Shown: piece by piece, positions 41,916 to 57,514 of the stretch
How the letters are laid out: every line of letters starts with the position of its first letter
How positions within the stretch are numbered: the first letter of the stretch is position 1
Assembly (NCBI RefSeq): GCF_009914755.1
Contig: NC_060938.1
Direction: 5' to 3' (one strand)
From: the human T2T-CHM13v2.0 reference genome, Homo sapiens
Length of the DNA: 64,000 bases
Made by a program: the position numbers and the translations under genes
The notes under the pieces: model-generated
Told to the model about the DNA's origin: nothing
Database searches by the model: none
What the model saw: only the letters and a program-made list of their open reading frames with translations

Positions 41916-42502
41916 ATAAAAATCTGCTGTTCACAGAAAAATGTGATATGTGTAAATAATAACTTAAAATAGGTATTTCATTATTGGGTATTCTGAGCCT
42001 CTCTTGTTCAGTAGTATTTTCTTGAAGTCAGTATTAATATGTGAATTGAGTGAATTGTCTGGAAATGAATTACTGAAAGTTATTTATATCTTGATTGTGA
42101 TTCATACATTTCCCTTTTCTTTATGGCTTTCCTCTGTACTTAGCTGCAGTGCATCTGCATCCTATCCAAGAACTTTTGTACAAGTTGAACTCACCCAAAG
42201 AAGACATTTGGAGAGTACTTGGGTTTGGCCCCTGCTTTTCATCTGGCTAAACACTATTAGATAAATCTAGAATATATAGTCTATGTAGAATATTATGTTT
42301 ACATTTTTAGAAACTTTGGATTTTTAGTGTTTTTCTGAAACTTACTGAACTATGTGATGAACAGCTTCAGTGTGAAATTATACGTACTTGGTCTGAGTAT
42401 AGGTAGAAGTTATGTTCAATATAAAGGGGCCCAGGACTGTTCTGTTAAAAGGAATAAGGACTACATTATTTAACTAGTAGTGTGGGGAGGTGGAATGAGT
42501 TA

Positions 42503-42843
<341 letters not shown>

Positions 42844-44907
42844 GTTTAGAATCGTCGCAGGAGGTGACTCAGGGGAATTTCATTTAAGGGCCTCTCAAAT
42901 TGCTTGGGTGTTGTTGGCTTACTGGAATGCCTTGAGTTTGAATTAGAGGGAAGGACCTTAAGGAACTAGACAGAATTTTGCTTCTCTATTAGAGGACCCT
43001 GGCTTAGGTTTTAAACGGAAGTTAAGTGCAATTAGAAAGAGGCACTATGTACCTAACACGTAGTGGATCCTTCATATGAAACCATTAATTGTCAGGGGAC
43101 TTTGAGGCTCATATAATTTGGCCCATAATTATGGCTACATAAGTAAAAGCTGTAAACACTCTTAGGGTTTTTTTTAAATTGTTTTTTCAGTAAAGGTGAA
43201 AGTATAGCAGTGTTGGGAGGGGGTGTTCCTTGTGCCTATTTGTACACAATGTCTTAGATTAGATTAAGAGCCTTAGGCCAATGATTGCTTAAAGATAAAA
43301 AGCAGGCATGATTCTGGAGGGATATTGGATAATCAAATATGACCAGGAAATAGAAGGTCCTATTTTGCTGTATTTTGGGTTCATCCAGATGGGATCAGAC
43401 CAGAGGAATTTGGCAAGCATTGAGACTCGCCACTTAGAACCACACTGAAATAGTTGTGGTGGCAAAAGAATTTCTCCGGGAGTCTTATTCCACTTGAGGC
43501 ATAACAGCCAGAGATTCCTGGCCTTTGAGGGGAGAGTGCCAAAGTTGATGTATTTTAAAAACATCAACTGAGATCTATAAACCTACGAGAAATAGTTGAA
43601 TTGGATGACACTGGGACTATGTGTTTCTGTACTTTTCTTACAGAAGACATACTATGAATACATGTGTCCTGGAATCTACTTTTAAAAATTAGTTCTATGC
43701 TCATATCCTCACATTGAGATTTAATGTATTTCAGTTTAATAAATGAGAACATATAAAATAATTTACCTGTAAGGACCTGTCTATGGGAACTTCTATATTC
43801 TGCTTGAAATTCTGACACATTAACCTGGCCATTTCCAAAAACTTTCTGGCAAGAGCTCTTCATGGACCTAATAATTGCTTTACTGTTTAATCATTCCCTG
43901 AGCCTTTTTATACTCTAGTAAACTGCATCTGTCACTAGATTTCATCACCATCTGTATTATTTATCCCTTGTAATCTGATATCTATCTCTATAATGCCCAA
44001 TTGTATCCCCTTCAAGTGCCCACTTCATTGGCTTATATACATTAGGTTTTCAATAAATATTTTTATATAATGGTAAATGAAGAAGTTGTTCTTTATATTT
44101 TAAACAACTCTTATGGAAGGAGATTACAACACAGCTGGAAGGAATTATTGTGAGAGTGAAACATGGAACCAAAAAAGATAAAGCAAGGGAAATTAAAAAA
44201 AAAAAAAAGAGCTTTATTGAGTTATAACTGACATCCAATAAACAGCACATATTTAGTCCAATTTGATGTTTTAACATATTTACATACCCATTAGATCATC
44301 ACCACACTCAAGATAATTAACATGTCTTTTATCCTTAAATGTTTCTACATGACCTTTGCAATCCATGTCTCTTACCCTTCCTTACCTTACCCTCATAAGC
44401 AAAACACTGATCTGTTTTTGTCACAATAGATTATATTACATTTTCTAGAGTTCCTTATTAATGGATCATACAGTATAAACTCATTTTGGTCTTGCTTTTT
44501 TACTCCAATTTATTTTGAGATTCATCCATGTTGTTGCATGTATCAGTACTTCATTACTTTTTCCTGCAAAGTAGTTTTCCACTGTATGTATATACTACAT
44601 TTGCTTATCCATTCATCTGTTGATGGATATTTTGGGTTCTTTCTAGTTTATGGCTATTACAAATAAATCTACTATGAACATTTGACTACAAATTTTTGAA
44701 AAGAGGTATGCTTTCTTTTTTATTGGGCAAATACCTAGGAGTGGAATCACTAGATTATAGGATTGCTGTATGTTCAGCTTTGTAAGAAACTGCCAAACTG
44801 TCTGTACCATTTTGCTTTCTCACCAGCAATGAATGAGAGTTCCTGTTGCTTCACATCCTTGCCAGCATTTGGCGATGTCATTGCTTTGGATTTTAGTCAT
44901 TCTGATA

Positions 44908-45374
44908 CAGATGTTCCCCAACTTACAATGGTTTGACTTACACTTTTTTGATTTTTCAATGGTGTGAAAGCAATATGCATGCAGTAGAAACTATACTTTA
45001 AATTTTGAATGTTGATCTTTTCCTGGGCTAGTGATATGTGTTACGATACTCTCTCGTGATACTGTGCAGTAACAGTAAGCCCCAAGTCCCAGTCAGCCAT
45101 GTGGTCAAAGGGTAAACAATCAGTACTGTGCAGTGTACTCTTCAATAAATTGTATGAGTTATTTGGCACTTTATTATAACATAGGCTTTGCATTAGATGA
45201 TTTTGTCCAACTGTAGGCTAATGGAAGTGTTCTGAGCATGTTTAAGATAGGCTAAGCCAAGTAAGATATGATGTTCTGTAGGTTAGGTATATTACATTTA
45301 TTTTTGACTTATGAGTTTTCAATTTACAAAGAACTTATTGAGTCATAACCCCACTGTAAGTTGAGGAGGATCTG
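44908..45374 (-). mobile_element. Tigger5/MER47-type DNA transposon
   Basis: TIRs cagatgttccccaacttacaatgg / ccactgtaagttgaggaggatctg; TA target at 44906-44907; L1 reads through when it is removed (cattctgata|ggtgtgtagtggtatct). Confidence 0.85.
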
Positions 45375-46008
45375 CAGGTGTGTAGTGGTATCTGTGTTAC
45401 TTCTTTGAAGAAGTGTCTGTTCAGATCTTTTACTCATTTTTAAAATCAGATTGTTTGTTTTCTTATTGCTGTTTTAAGAGTCCTGTGGATGCAAGTCCTT
45501 TATCAGATAGGTGTTTTGTAAAAATTTTCTCCCAATATTTGGTTTGTCTATTCATTATCTTAACAGTGTCTTTGTCAGAGCAGAAGCTTTTAATTTTAAT
45601 GAAGCCTAACATCAATTTTTTTTTCATGGATTGTGCTTTAAGTGTTATATTCAAACTCATTGCCAAGCCCAAGATCACCTAGATTTTTTTCTATGTTATC
45701 GTCTGGAATTTTTATAGTTTGCATTGTATATTTACTTCTATGATCCACTTTGAGTTAATCTTTCTGAAAGGTGTAAGGTCAGTGTTTAGACTGATGTGAA
45801 TGACTATTTGGTCCAGCATCGTTTGTTGAAAAGACTATCCTTCTGCATTGAATTGACTTTGCTTCTTTGTCAAGGTTCATTTAACTATATTTATGTGAGT
45901 CTGTTTCTGGGCTCTATTTTGTTCTATTTATCTAGTTATCTATATTTTCACCAATATCACATTGTCTTGATTACTGTAGCTTTGTGAATGTATGCATGTA
46001 TTCATTTA

Positions 46009-46299
46009 AGAGATGAGGTCCCACTATGTGGCTCAGGATGGAGTGCAGTGGCTATTCATGGGCTTGATCCCACTTCTGATCAGCATGGGAGTTTTGGAGT
46101 GCTCCAGTTCCAATCTAGGCCAGTTTATTCCTCTTTAGGCAACCTGGTTGGTTCCCTGCTTTCAGCATATTGATGCTGAACTAAATGTGGACATCCAATT
46201 GGCATAGCACACAACAGCCCAGAACTCCTGTACTCAAGCAGTCTTTCTGCTTTAGCCTCCCAATAGCTGGAACTACAAGTGCATGCCACCATGCCTGTC
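46009..46299 (-). pseudogene. Full-length 7SL (SRP) RNA retropseudogene (RN7SL-like)
   Basis: Contains the S domain that Alu lacks (gatcccacttctgatcagcatgggagtttt..ttaggcaacctggt..catattgatgctgaact); perfect 15-bp TSD gattactgtagcttt at 45969-45983 and 46301-46315; decayed tail 45984-46008. Confidence 0.92.
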
Positions 46300-46335
46300 A
46301 GATTACTGTAGCTTTATAGTAAGTCTTGAAGTTGA

Positions 46336-46634
<299 letters not shown>

Positions 46635-47189
46635 TGAAGACTTTTATTTCTCCAACTTTGTTTTTCTTTGTCAGTATTATGTTGGCTATTAGTTTGTTTC
46701 CTTTCTAGATAAACTTTAGAATTTGTCCATATCCATAAAGTAACTTGTTTGGATTTTGATTGAGATTGCACCAAATTTATGGATTAAGTTGGGAAGAACT
46801 GACTTCTTAACAATATTGAGTCTTCTTATCCATGAACATAGAATATTTCTCCACTTATTTAGATCTTCGATTTCTTTCATGAAAGTTTTATAATTTTCTT
46901 ACATAGGTCTTGTACATATTTTGTTTGGTTTATACCTAAATATTTCCCTTTTGTTGATGCTAGTCTAAATGGTATTGTGTTTTTAATTTCAAATTCCAAT
47001 TGCTCATTGCTAGTATATAACTAAGCAATTGACTTATGTACATTAACCTTATATCTTATTTGTTTTTGGATTTGTGTTTTTATGATTCCATTTACCTCTA
47101 CTATTGTTCTATTAGCTGTAACTCCTTGTGTAGTTATTTTAGTGATGGCCATAGGATTTGACAGTATATATCTTTAACTTATCACAGTC

Positions 47190-47436
47190 TATCTTGAAGT
47201 GATATTATACCACTTTACATACAGTATAAGAACCTTACGATAGTCTTAAAGTAGTTGTCATACATTTTACTTACACATAAATATACTTTAGTTATAAATC
47301 CCACACTGAGTTTTATTTTAGTCAATTATCTGTAAAATATATTTTGATAATAAGAAAATAAATTTAATAAATATATATTACCCAGTGGTTACCATTTCCT
47401 GTGATCTTTCCTTTGTATAGACTGATTTACTGAATG
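47190..47436 (+). repeat. Source copy of a local dispersed duplication
   Basis: Aligns collinearly with 49514-49753. Confidence 0.85.
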
Positions 47437-48211
47437 AGATTTACCTGAAGAATTTTCTCTATCAGGTCTTGTGGTGTAGGTCTCCTTGTGATGAATTATT
47501 TTAGCTTTTGTTTATCTGAGAGGTCTTTATTTTACCTTTGTTTTTGAAAGATATCTTTGTTGGGTATAGAATTCTAGATTGATAGATTTTTTTCTTTTAG
47601 CTTTTTGTAGTTATTGCTTTATTGTATTTTGACTTTTATTGTTTCTGACTAGAAACTGTGCTTATCCTTATCTTTGTTCCTCTGCATATATATATAATTT
47701 TTTTAATCTTGTTGTTTTTGAGATTTTCTTTTCTCTTCGATTTTGAGAAATTGATTGTGATGTGCCTTTGTGTCCTTTTCTTTGCTTTTTATGCTTGGGG
47801 TTTTCTTGAGCTTTTTTTGATATGTTTGTTTAGCATTTTCATCAAATTTGGAAAAATCTTGGCCACTATGTTTTCAAATATTTTTCTTCTCTCTCTACCT
47901 TCTCATCTTTGGGGTCTCTTACTACACATATATAAAGCTAACTGAAATTGTCCCACAGCTCACTAATGTCCCACAGCTCCATTCATTTTTCTTGGTTTTT
48001 TGTGTGTGTGTGTGTGTGTTTCAGTTTGCATAGTTTCTATTGTTATGCCTTCAAGTTCTCTAATCATCTCTTTTGCAATGTTTAATCTACCATTAATTCT
48101 ATCCAGTGTATTTGTCACCTCAGACATTGTAGTGTTTACCACTAGAAATTTGATTTGGGTATTTTTAGTATTTCTATTGACTTTTCAAACATGGACTATA
48201 GTTATAAAGAC

Positions 48212-48519
<308 letters not shown>

Positions 48520-48929
48520 ATAAAGACTATTTTAATGTTCTCGTGTTATGTAGCTTTGAAATGATTCCAGACACATAATTTGCTGCATGAATGATAAAAG
48601 TTTTGCTGTGGTAAGAACACAGAGTGTAATCTTCCTCCCCATGGAAATGTTATATCACACCTTATCAGACCACATATATGAACTCATATATGTCTTCAAC
48701 TACTGGACTCTAAAACACATATAAACCCAAGATTTTGACAGATACGTTGAGAATGTAGGCTGTGGCAGGGCTACTCTCTGTTAGCCTTTGAGTTATTCTT
48801 TTGAGCCTGGCCAGCCAACATCAGCACCACTTGCTAGTGTTGAGGGACTTTTCATGTTGTTGTGGATCCCCATTGTGTTGGTCAAATCATCACTCCCTAG
48901 AATCTCTTGTAAAAAGATACGCCTCAGAT

Positions 48930-50122
48930 GTTGTTTTTTGTTTGTTTTTGCTTTTTTAACTTAACAAATTGGTAATTGTTTTAACTTTTTTATTAGGTTC
49001 AGGGGTACATGTGCAGTTTTGTTATATAGGGAAATTCGTATCACAGGGTTGGTTGTACAGATTATTTCATTACCTAGGTACTAAGCTTAGTACCCAATCT
49101 TTTTTTTTTTTTAGCTCCCCCCTCCTCCCACTCTCTTCCTTCAAGTAGGCTCCAGTGTCTGTTGTTCTCCTCTTTGTGTCCATCAGTTTTCATCATTTAG
49201 CTCCTACTGATAAGTGAGAACATGTGATTTGATTTTCTTTTTCTGTGTTAGTTCACTAAGGATAATGGCCTCCAGCTCCATCCATGGTCCCACAAAAGAC
49301 ATGATTTCATTCCTTTTTATGGCTGTGTAGTATTCCATAGTGTATATATATCACATTTTCTTTTTCCAGTCTGCCATTTATGGGCATTTAGGTTGATTCC
49401 ATGTCCTTGCTATTATGAATAGTGCTGCAATGAACATACATGTGCTATGTCTTTATGGTAGAATGATTTATATTCCTTTGGGTATATACCCAGTAGTAGT
49501 ATTGCTGGGTCAATATCTTTAAGTGTTACTGTGCCACTTTACGTATAGTATAAGAACCTTAACAATAGTCTTACAGTACTTGTCATACATTTAAATATAC
49601 ATTAGTTATAAATCCCACACTCGATTTTGTTTTAGTCAATTATCTGTAAAATATATTTTGATAATAAGAAATAAATATAATAAATAAATTTGAATTATCC
49701 AGTGGTTATCCTTTCCAGTGATCTTTCCTTTGTACACATTGATTTACTGAATGGTAGTGCTATTTTTAGCTCTTTGAGGAATTTTCACACTGCTTTCCAC
49801 AATGGTTGAACTAATTTGCATTCCCACCAGCAGTGTATAAGTGTTTCCTGTTCTCCTCAACCTCTCTAGCATCTGTTAGTTTTTGACTTTATAATAATAG
49901 CCATTCTGACTTGTGTGAGATATTATCTCATTGTGGTTTTGATTTGCATTTCTCTAATGATCAGTGATATTGAGCTTTTTTCATATGCTCGTTGGCCATA
50001 TATATGTCTTTTTTTGAAAAGTGTCTATTCATGTCCTTTTTAATGGGGTTGTTTTTTTCTTGTAAATTCATTTACATTTCTTATATATGCCGGATATTAG
50101 ACATTTGTCAGATGCATAGTTT
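48930..50122 (-). mobile_element. Older primate L1 (L1PA13-16-like), 5'-truncated
   Basis: 3' end ggttcaggggtacatgtgcag..gttatataggg; decayed TSD tacgcctcaga (from 48918) / tatgcctcaaa (from 50123). Confidence 0.85.
49514..49753 (+). repeat. Inserted copy of 47190-47436 interrupting the L1PA
   Basis: L1 reads attgctgggtcaa|[insert]|atggtagt. Confidence 0.85.
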
Positions 50123-51516
50123 TATGCCTCAAACTTTGACTAGACTTTGTATTCATGGCGGCCTACTTCCACCCTAATTGGGCAAATAGACTTTAATAAT
50201 TAGACTCTAAATGAAATGGAAACTCACACACTATGAGGTTAGTGTATCTCATTTATTGAGTGTATTCCCTAAGAGATTTGTTCTCATTATTCTCCACCTG
50301 TTTAAGCATTGTGGGGGAGAAAAGAATCTCTTTGTCAATAAGCCATGTGATTCATGAGTCGTATTTTAATCGTCTTCTTATTTTAACTATACAAAGCACC
50401 TTGTCTGCTAACTCTAGTATCTGTGTCAGTTCTGAGTTAATTTCAATTGGTTGATTTTTCTCCTCACTGTGAGTTGTATTTTCTTGCTTGTTTTGCATGC
50501 CTGGTTATCTTTGATTAGATACCAGACATTGTGAATTTCACCTTTTTGGGTGCAAGATATTTGTATTCCTATAAATTTTAAACTTTGTTTTGGGATGCAG
50601 TTAAGTTACTTGGAAACACATCCTTTTGGATCTTGCTTTCAGGATTTGTTTTGGCAGAACTATTTAATTTAAAGCTAATCATTCCCCACCATCAAGGCAA
50701 GACCCGTCTGAGTATTCTATCCAATGCTTCATGCATTATGAAGTTTTCCATTCTTATTCGTAAAAATAGGCATTATTCTTGGTCCTGTATGAGTGCCAGG
50801 CACTCTACCCTCTACTCCTCTCAGAGCATTCTTTCTCTAGCCTCAGGCAGTTTCCTTACATGCATGCACTAATCAGTACTCTGATGAATATTTGAGGGAG
50901 ACTCTCTAAGATCTCTTCTGTGAACTTTAGCTGTCTTCTTTTCTCTGAATTTTCAGCTCCTTCTCCTCACTTCAGGGAGCCTGTTGGATTCCACCTGTGT
51001 TCCCTCTTCATGCAACACAACCTAGAAATTCTCTTAAGGTAATGGCCTGAGGAAATTGTAGAACTTTCCTTTTTTTTTTTTTTCCCTCATCTCTTACCAG
51101 ATGTCCAGTGTCTTGAAAAGACATTGTTCTGTTTGTTTTGTTTCTTGAAAAGTATTGTTGGTTGTTTTAGGTGGTAGGGTAAATCTGGTCCCTGTTACTT
51201 AATCTTTGTCAAAAGCAAAAGTGCTCAGAGATCTTCCTTTAAGTTTTCATTGGTAGTTCTAGAAATGACCAATCACAAAACAGGGAATCTCTAACTGAAA
51301 GATCCATGACATTTCATTATAGAGAGTTAGGAAAGAGAATTAATCTGAGAATTACCATTATCTAGTCTTCCTCCCACTCATATTCTTCATAAACATTTGC
51401 ATAACACAATTTTTTGTACCATTGTTGACCATATCAATGGGTAGATTACTGAATTTTGGGGGGAAAGACATGTACAAGCTACTAGAATGGTAAGTTTTGT
51501 TGAACATGTTATATAA

Positions 51517-51866
<350 letters not shown>

Positions 51867-52827
51867 TATATTTCTTTATAGAGGTAAAATAGGTGTGAGA
51901 TTTTTGTTTTTACTTATTTTGCTTTGTTATTTGGGCTTCACTGGGGAACCAAGTGATTTTTGGCAAGAGAAGAAGCACAAAAAATACAGAAAAGCCTCTT
52001 CTTATGGTTCCTATAATGGCAACCAAGTCAATAAATGGTTGCAAAATTCAACTAGATTGCGATAGGGTAGTTACTGCTACTGCTTTATCCTTTTATAAAT
52101 AGTCAGTTTGAAAAGTAGAAAAGTTCATGGGTAAAGAGCAGTAGCTAGAATGCAAATGTGAATCCAGGATGCAATATACAAAGGTTTTTGCAGTTTTCAG
52201 CAAGTGTGAAGAATTTCTGATTGATGAGGCCCTCAGAGCAGAAAGAGACCCTCCTCTGTCTATGTGTAAGATTAGTAACACATAGAGACGTGGTGTTCAT
52301 CTGCCCAGTTTATGTGGCTAATTAGCATTTAGAGTTTCTTCAATAGAAGCTAGTGAAGTAAGAACTAGATAATATCTTGGAAGATCTTTTTGTTTCTTCT
52401 GTCTTGCACTTTGAAGAGGGGCTCAGACTGTTGAATTGGAATAGAACAATTAAACAGACTGTAAAATGAAGTCCTGACATGCTGGTTGCTTTGCCTGCTC
52501 TGTCAGAGCAGCACTGGTTCCAGGGAGAGAGAATACTAGTTTTGTTTATTTGTTTGTTTCCAGACAATTTGCTATGTCATCACTTTTTTTGTGTGTGCAT
52601 GCGCCAAGTGTTTGAGGTTGATAATGTTGACAGAGTCCTTGCAGAATGGAAGTTCATCTCCACAGGGAAAGGCTTTGTATTTCAAGTTTTAAAATTCCAA
52701 AATATTTTGCTATAACATTGTTATTCCTAGTTTTTTATGCCTTTTTGTGTGGAAGGTTGGTTTCTCCTTTATCTACTTACCAGCTTTTAGGGGAATCCCT
52801 TTTTAAGTCAAGAAAGCACCTTAGAAA

Positions 52828-52831
<4 letters not shown>

Positions 52832-52877
<46 letters not shown>
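52832..52877. repeat. (TC)n microsatellite, ~23 units
   Basis: Read directly. Confidence 0.97.
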
Positions 52878-52884
<7 letters not shown>

Positions 52885-53296
52885 TGAAACTGACAGTAGC
52901 ATATCTTGCTATTCTTGGGTCTTAGTTTGGAATTAAGCTGTGCATGCAGTATGCCCAGAAGGCTCAGTTTTTAAAAAATTTCTATGTTTATTCGTATTTA
53001 ACTTCATTCTAATGGGGTCATGTACACTGTGATATTTATTCATGAAATATTTAGGAAAAGATAAAATGTTTGAACTATAATGAATTATGATTTTATTATC
53101 CTTTTATTAATGATAATACACCCAATGCTATTCTTGAAAGTTTGAAAATGGAAACCTTGGTAAATTTTTTTTCTTTTGGCAGAATTTTGAACTTTTTTAC
53201 ATAAAAGTGTAAACCTTTGTTTGGTATTATGGGTCACCTGGTTCCATAGCATCTCTTTGATTTAAAGAGGATATCATCCATTTAAAAAGGACTCAC

Positions 53297-53597
<301 letters not shown>

Positions 53598-55720
53598 GGA
53601 CTTACTTTGGGGATTTGGAGAACTAGAAAATATTATTATTCATATTAACTTACACCCATAAAAGAGTGCTATTAAAAGTTCACTTAATACAAGGGCTTCT
53701 TTTTCTTTGCTTTGGATTTAAACAGGTTTTCTATAAGCTAATCAACAGAGATTTGATTAACATACTTAAGCATGTTATATGAAAGGGATGGCATTGTGAA
53801 AGATGGGGATACTATATAGAAGTAATAAAATAAAAGGTATGGAATTAGGTAGTGTAAGAATTTCAGAACTAAAATAGTCTGAGAAGTCATTTGGAACATG
53901 GATTTCTTTTGACAGAAAACTTCTGTCCTGCAGTATATCAGCCTTGTCCAGCAGAGCTGGTTAGTGCAGATAGAAGAACCTAGGTTGCTTAACTACCAGT
54001 TCACTGTCCTTTCTATTATATTGTAATTCTGTTTTCTGTCTTATTTCAGAAGCAGCAATCCAGATGAGCTCTACATCCTGAATAAAAACAATAATAATGG
54101 CAATAACAAACTATTATTTTTTTAAGAAATATGACTTAAACCTATTTGTTTTTATTTATTTGGTTTGTTTGTTTATTTATATGTAGTTTGTCAGAAAACC
54201 ATAGGAGTCAGGCATTGGGTAGCTCGTGGCCATTAGTATTATTTTCAAAGTCAGAAATCATTGGAGAAGAATCCCCTTCTAATATAAATTTTTAAACTAT
54301 TCTTTTGAGTGTTTAGGAAGCTGTGATCTCTGCTGTGATAATCCTAGAAGACATTGCTCAAGCCACAGCTGGCTATTATTGAGACTATGGAAAGAGAAAG
54401 AGCTTTTGCCCTGATTTATCCCATAAAATGAATAATAGGCCACATTCAGGGAGACCTAGCTCGTGGCAGACTATTCTCACCACACCCTTCACACAGCCTT
54501 TTTTTTTCTTCTCCCATCCCAAGCCACCATCCCAACCTGCCTTGACTAAACTCAATGAACAGGAACCATTGTATGAATCGGAAGGAAAATGTCTTAAATA
54601 TATGAAGTTATAATGAGTTGGTAAGTGCTGTAAAAATACTCTGTAACTTAGTTGGAAGTTGCATCATCCATGCCTGTGGCACTATGGACTGGACCCAAAT
54701 GGTATAATTCTTCAGTGTAACACTGAAGTAATTTTTGCATCTGCCAAGTAAATGGTTTAGATTTCAAACCTATGAAATGCCAAACTGTAATTGTTCAATT
54801 CTAGTGAACCACAGATGTGTTTAATTTCCTTCCTTTACTTTTTGCTGTCTTCTTTAGGTAAGCTGAACCAACTAAAGAGTGGCCTTATGTGAATCTACAA
54901 AGTGAACTTTAACGTCAGTCAGTTAATATACTTTAACACCTAAATGTTGTATAACACTGCTCTATATAGCACTTTTAAATGTATAAAATTTTTGATAGAG
55001 GATAAGTCCATTTCATTTAGGGAAAACAGTTGTTTCAACCACATGTATTATAATAGGAGTAAAAGTGGCATATCGTAATGAAAGAACACGGGAAGTCAGA
55101 AAACCTGGATTTATTTTTGCCTCTCCTGTCGATTCTTCATTTGATCCGGCCTGAATAATTTCCTTTTCCTTTAATTTCTATATCTGCTGAAGGTGAATAA
55201 TAATACTTTCATTGGCCACATAGAGGTGCTGGGAGAATGAAAGATAAATTCTCCCAAAGCACTTTGAACTGCCTAGAAGAAAGACTTATTTAAACAAAAG
55301 TTGATTCTGTTTTCTATCTTTTTATTTCTTACAAGCAGACACCAAAGTAAGTGTTAGAAGAGCCTCAAAGATTTGGTTATTTTTTTTTTGCAACTTTTAT
55401 TGTAGGTGAGAAGGTTAATATAATTGCCTTCATTGTATAAACAGGGAAACTAATGCTCCCAAAAGGTTTGTTTTGGGGCTTAAAATGAGTAGCCCTTTAT
55501 GAGAATAGGGGAAATTGATGGGGGTGTAGATGTAATAACATCAGCCATGAGTTGACAATTATTAAAGCTGGTAATGGGTGTGTCTGTTTAGGGGGGTTAT
55601 CATGAATACTATCATGTCTACCTTGTCTTTGAAATTTTGTATTAAAAAGTTAAAATTTAAAAAATTGATTAAAAAAATAGCTCATTTTCATTTGCAAGGT
55701 TCTTTTAAAAATGCTATTGA

Positions 55721-56080
<360 letters not shown>

Positions 56081-56869
56081 CTATTTCCAATGCTTTCTAA
56101 CCATTTACTACTTTTAACATATTATGCCATTTCTTTAGCGTTAATATATTACACTTTTTTCTTACTCCCGTTCCAGATGTTTGTCATGTGCTTTGTTGTC
56201 AATTTTAGATTTTCATTTTCCTATTTTTGGGAATTATAAGCAGTCACTTATTAACCCAATTACTTTATGCTTCAATGGGCTTGTCATTGGGTAGCCATGT
56301 GAATTATTTCAATTTTTAGAGACACAGATCAACCTGCTACCCTATACCCACAACAGAAAACTGCCGACTTCCCCATTGTAGGAACTTACAATCAAACGGC
56401 ATTTGAAACATGTGAGAACACTCCTATTATTAAAAAAAAAAATCACCCTCAACCTGGGTTATTTTCACTGACAGACTTGCATGGTTAAAGCTTGCTATTT
56501 CATGAGCTCCCAGATGACGCAAATGCTGGGAAATGTAACATACTCACTGTGATTTGTTTTTAGACATCAAAAGAAATCCATTTTACAAAGGAATCATATA
56601 ACTTTAGAGCTAAGAAAGATCTTAATAATCATCTGGTATAGATCTTTCCATTTATTTATGCCAGAACCTAAAATTAGAAAGGCCAGGTAATTTGCTCAGT
56701 GTTACATACCTTAGTATGGCAGAGCTGGAACTTGAACCTGAGTTCCCTAGCTTTCAATTCAGAGTTCTTAATAGGTTGCCACTCAAGTGCAGTCAGGTCT
56801 TTGATGCTATTTGTGAACACCAAATATGTCTCTGCTTCTTACAACTTAGAAATCTTACTCTGTTTTGCA

Positions 56870-57100
56870 ATGCCCTGCCAAGTCATATTGGAGCCTGAGG
56901 CAAAATGAAAGACCAATGACACTGATCCTGTCTTTATTTAAAATTCTGATATTTTCTTCACTATGGATTTGTGGGATTAATTTTGATTTTTTAAAATATT
57001 GCATTAAATATTATATCTTGACTACTGAGTTTTTTAGTAGCTCCTAAAATTTTGCATTTGAAGTGGGTGCCTTGCTTGATTCACCCTAGTCCCAATCCTA
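56870..57100 (+). mobile_element. MER96B-like hAT MITE
   Basis: actgatcctgtctttatttaaaatt..attgcattaaa..cttgactactgagtttttt..caccctagtccc. Confidence 0.75.
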
Positions 57101-57514
57101 TTATTTTTGCTTTAATCTACTAAATCCCTTTTTCAGCCTTCTGGCAATAAAATAAAATCAACCTATGGAACCTTTATAAGCAAACCCATACTATTGGCCA
57201 CTTACAAACAATGGTGGCAAACAAACCAGAATCTGCAAGTGCTTTTCATTGGCTTGATTGTTGGTAACATTGCATGGTAATTACATAGTCATTTTTGGCT
57301 CCATGAATTGAAACTCTCTTGGAATGTCTAGCAGTTTATTGAAAAGAGCTCAAAGCCAAGACGTGAGTTCTTTTGTTTGATCCTTCACAGTATTGTGTTT
57401 TAGGCTCTTATATCGTTGTGTTTGTTTTGATTTCTATAAATTGGGACTCAAGGGAAGGAAGCTCTTTATAGGCCTATTATTTTCATTTTACTTGGTCCTC
57501 TCAACACCTGTTTG

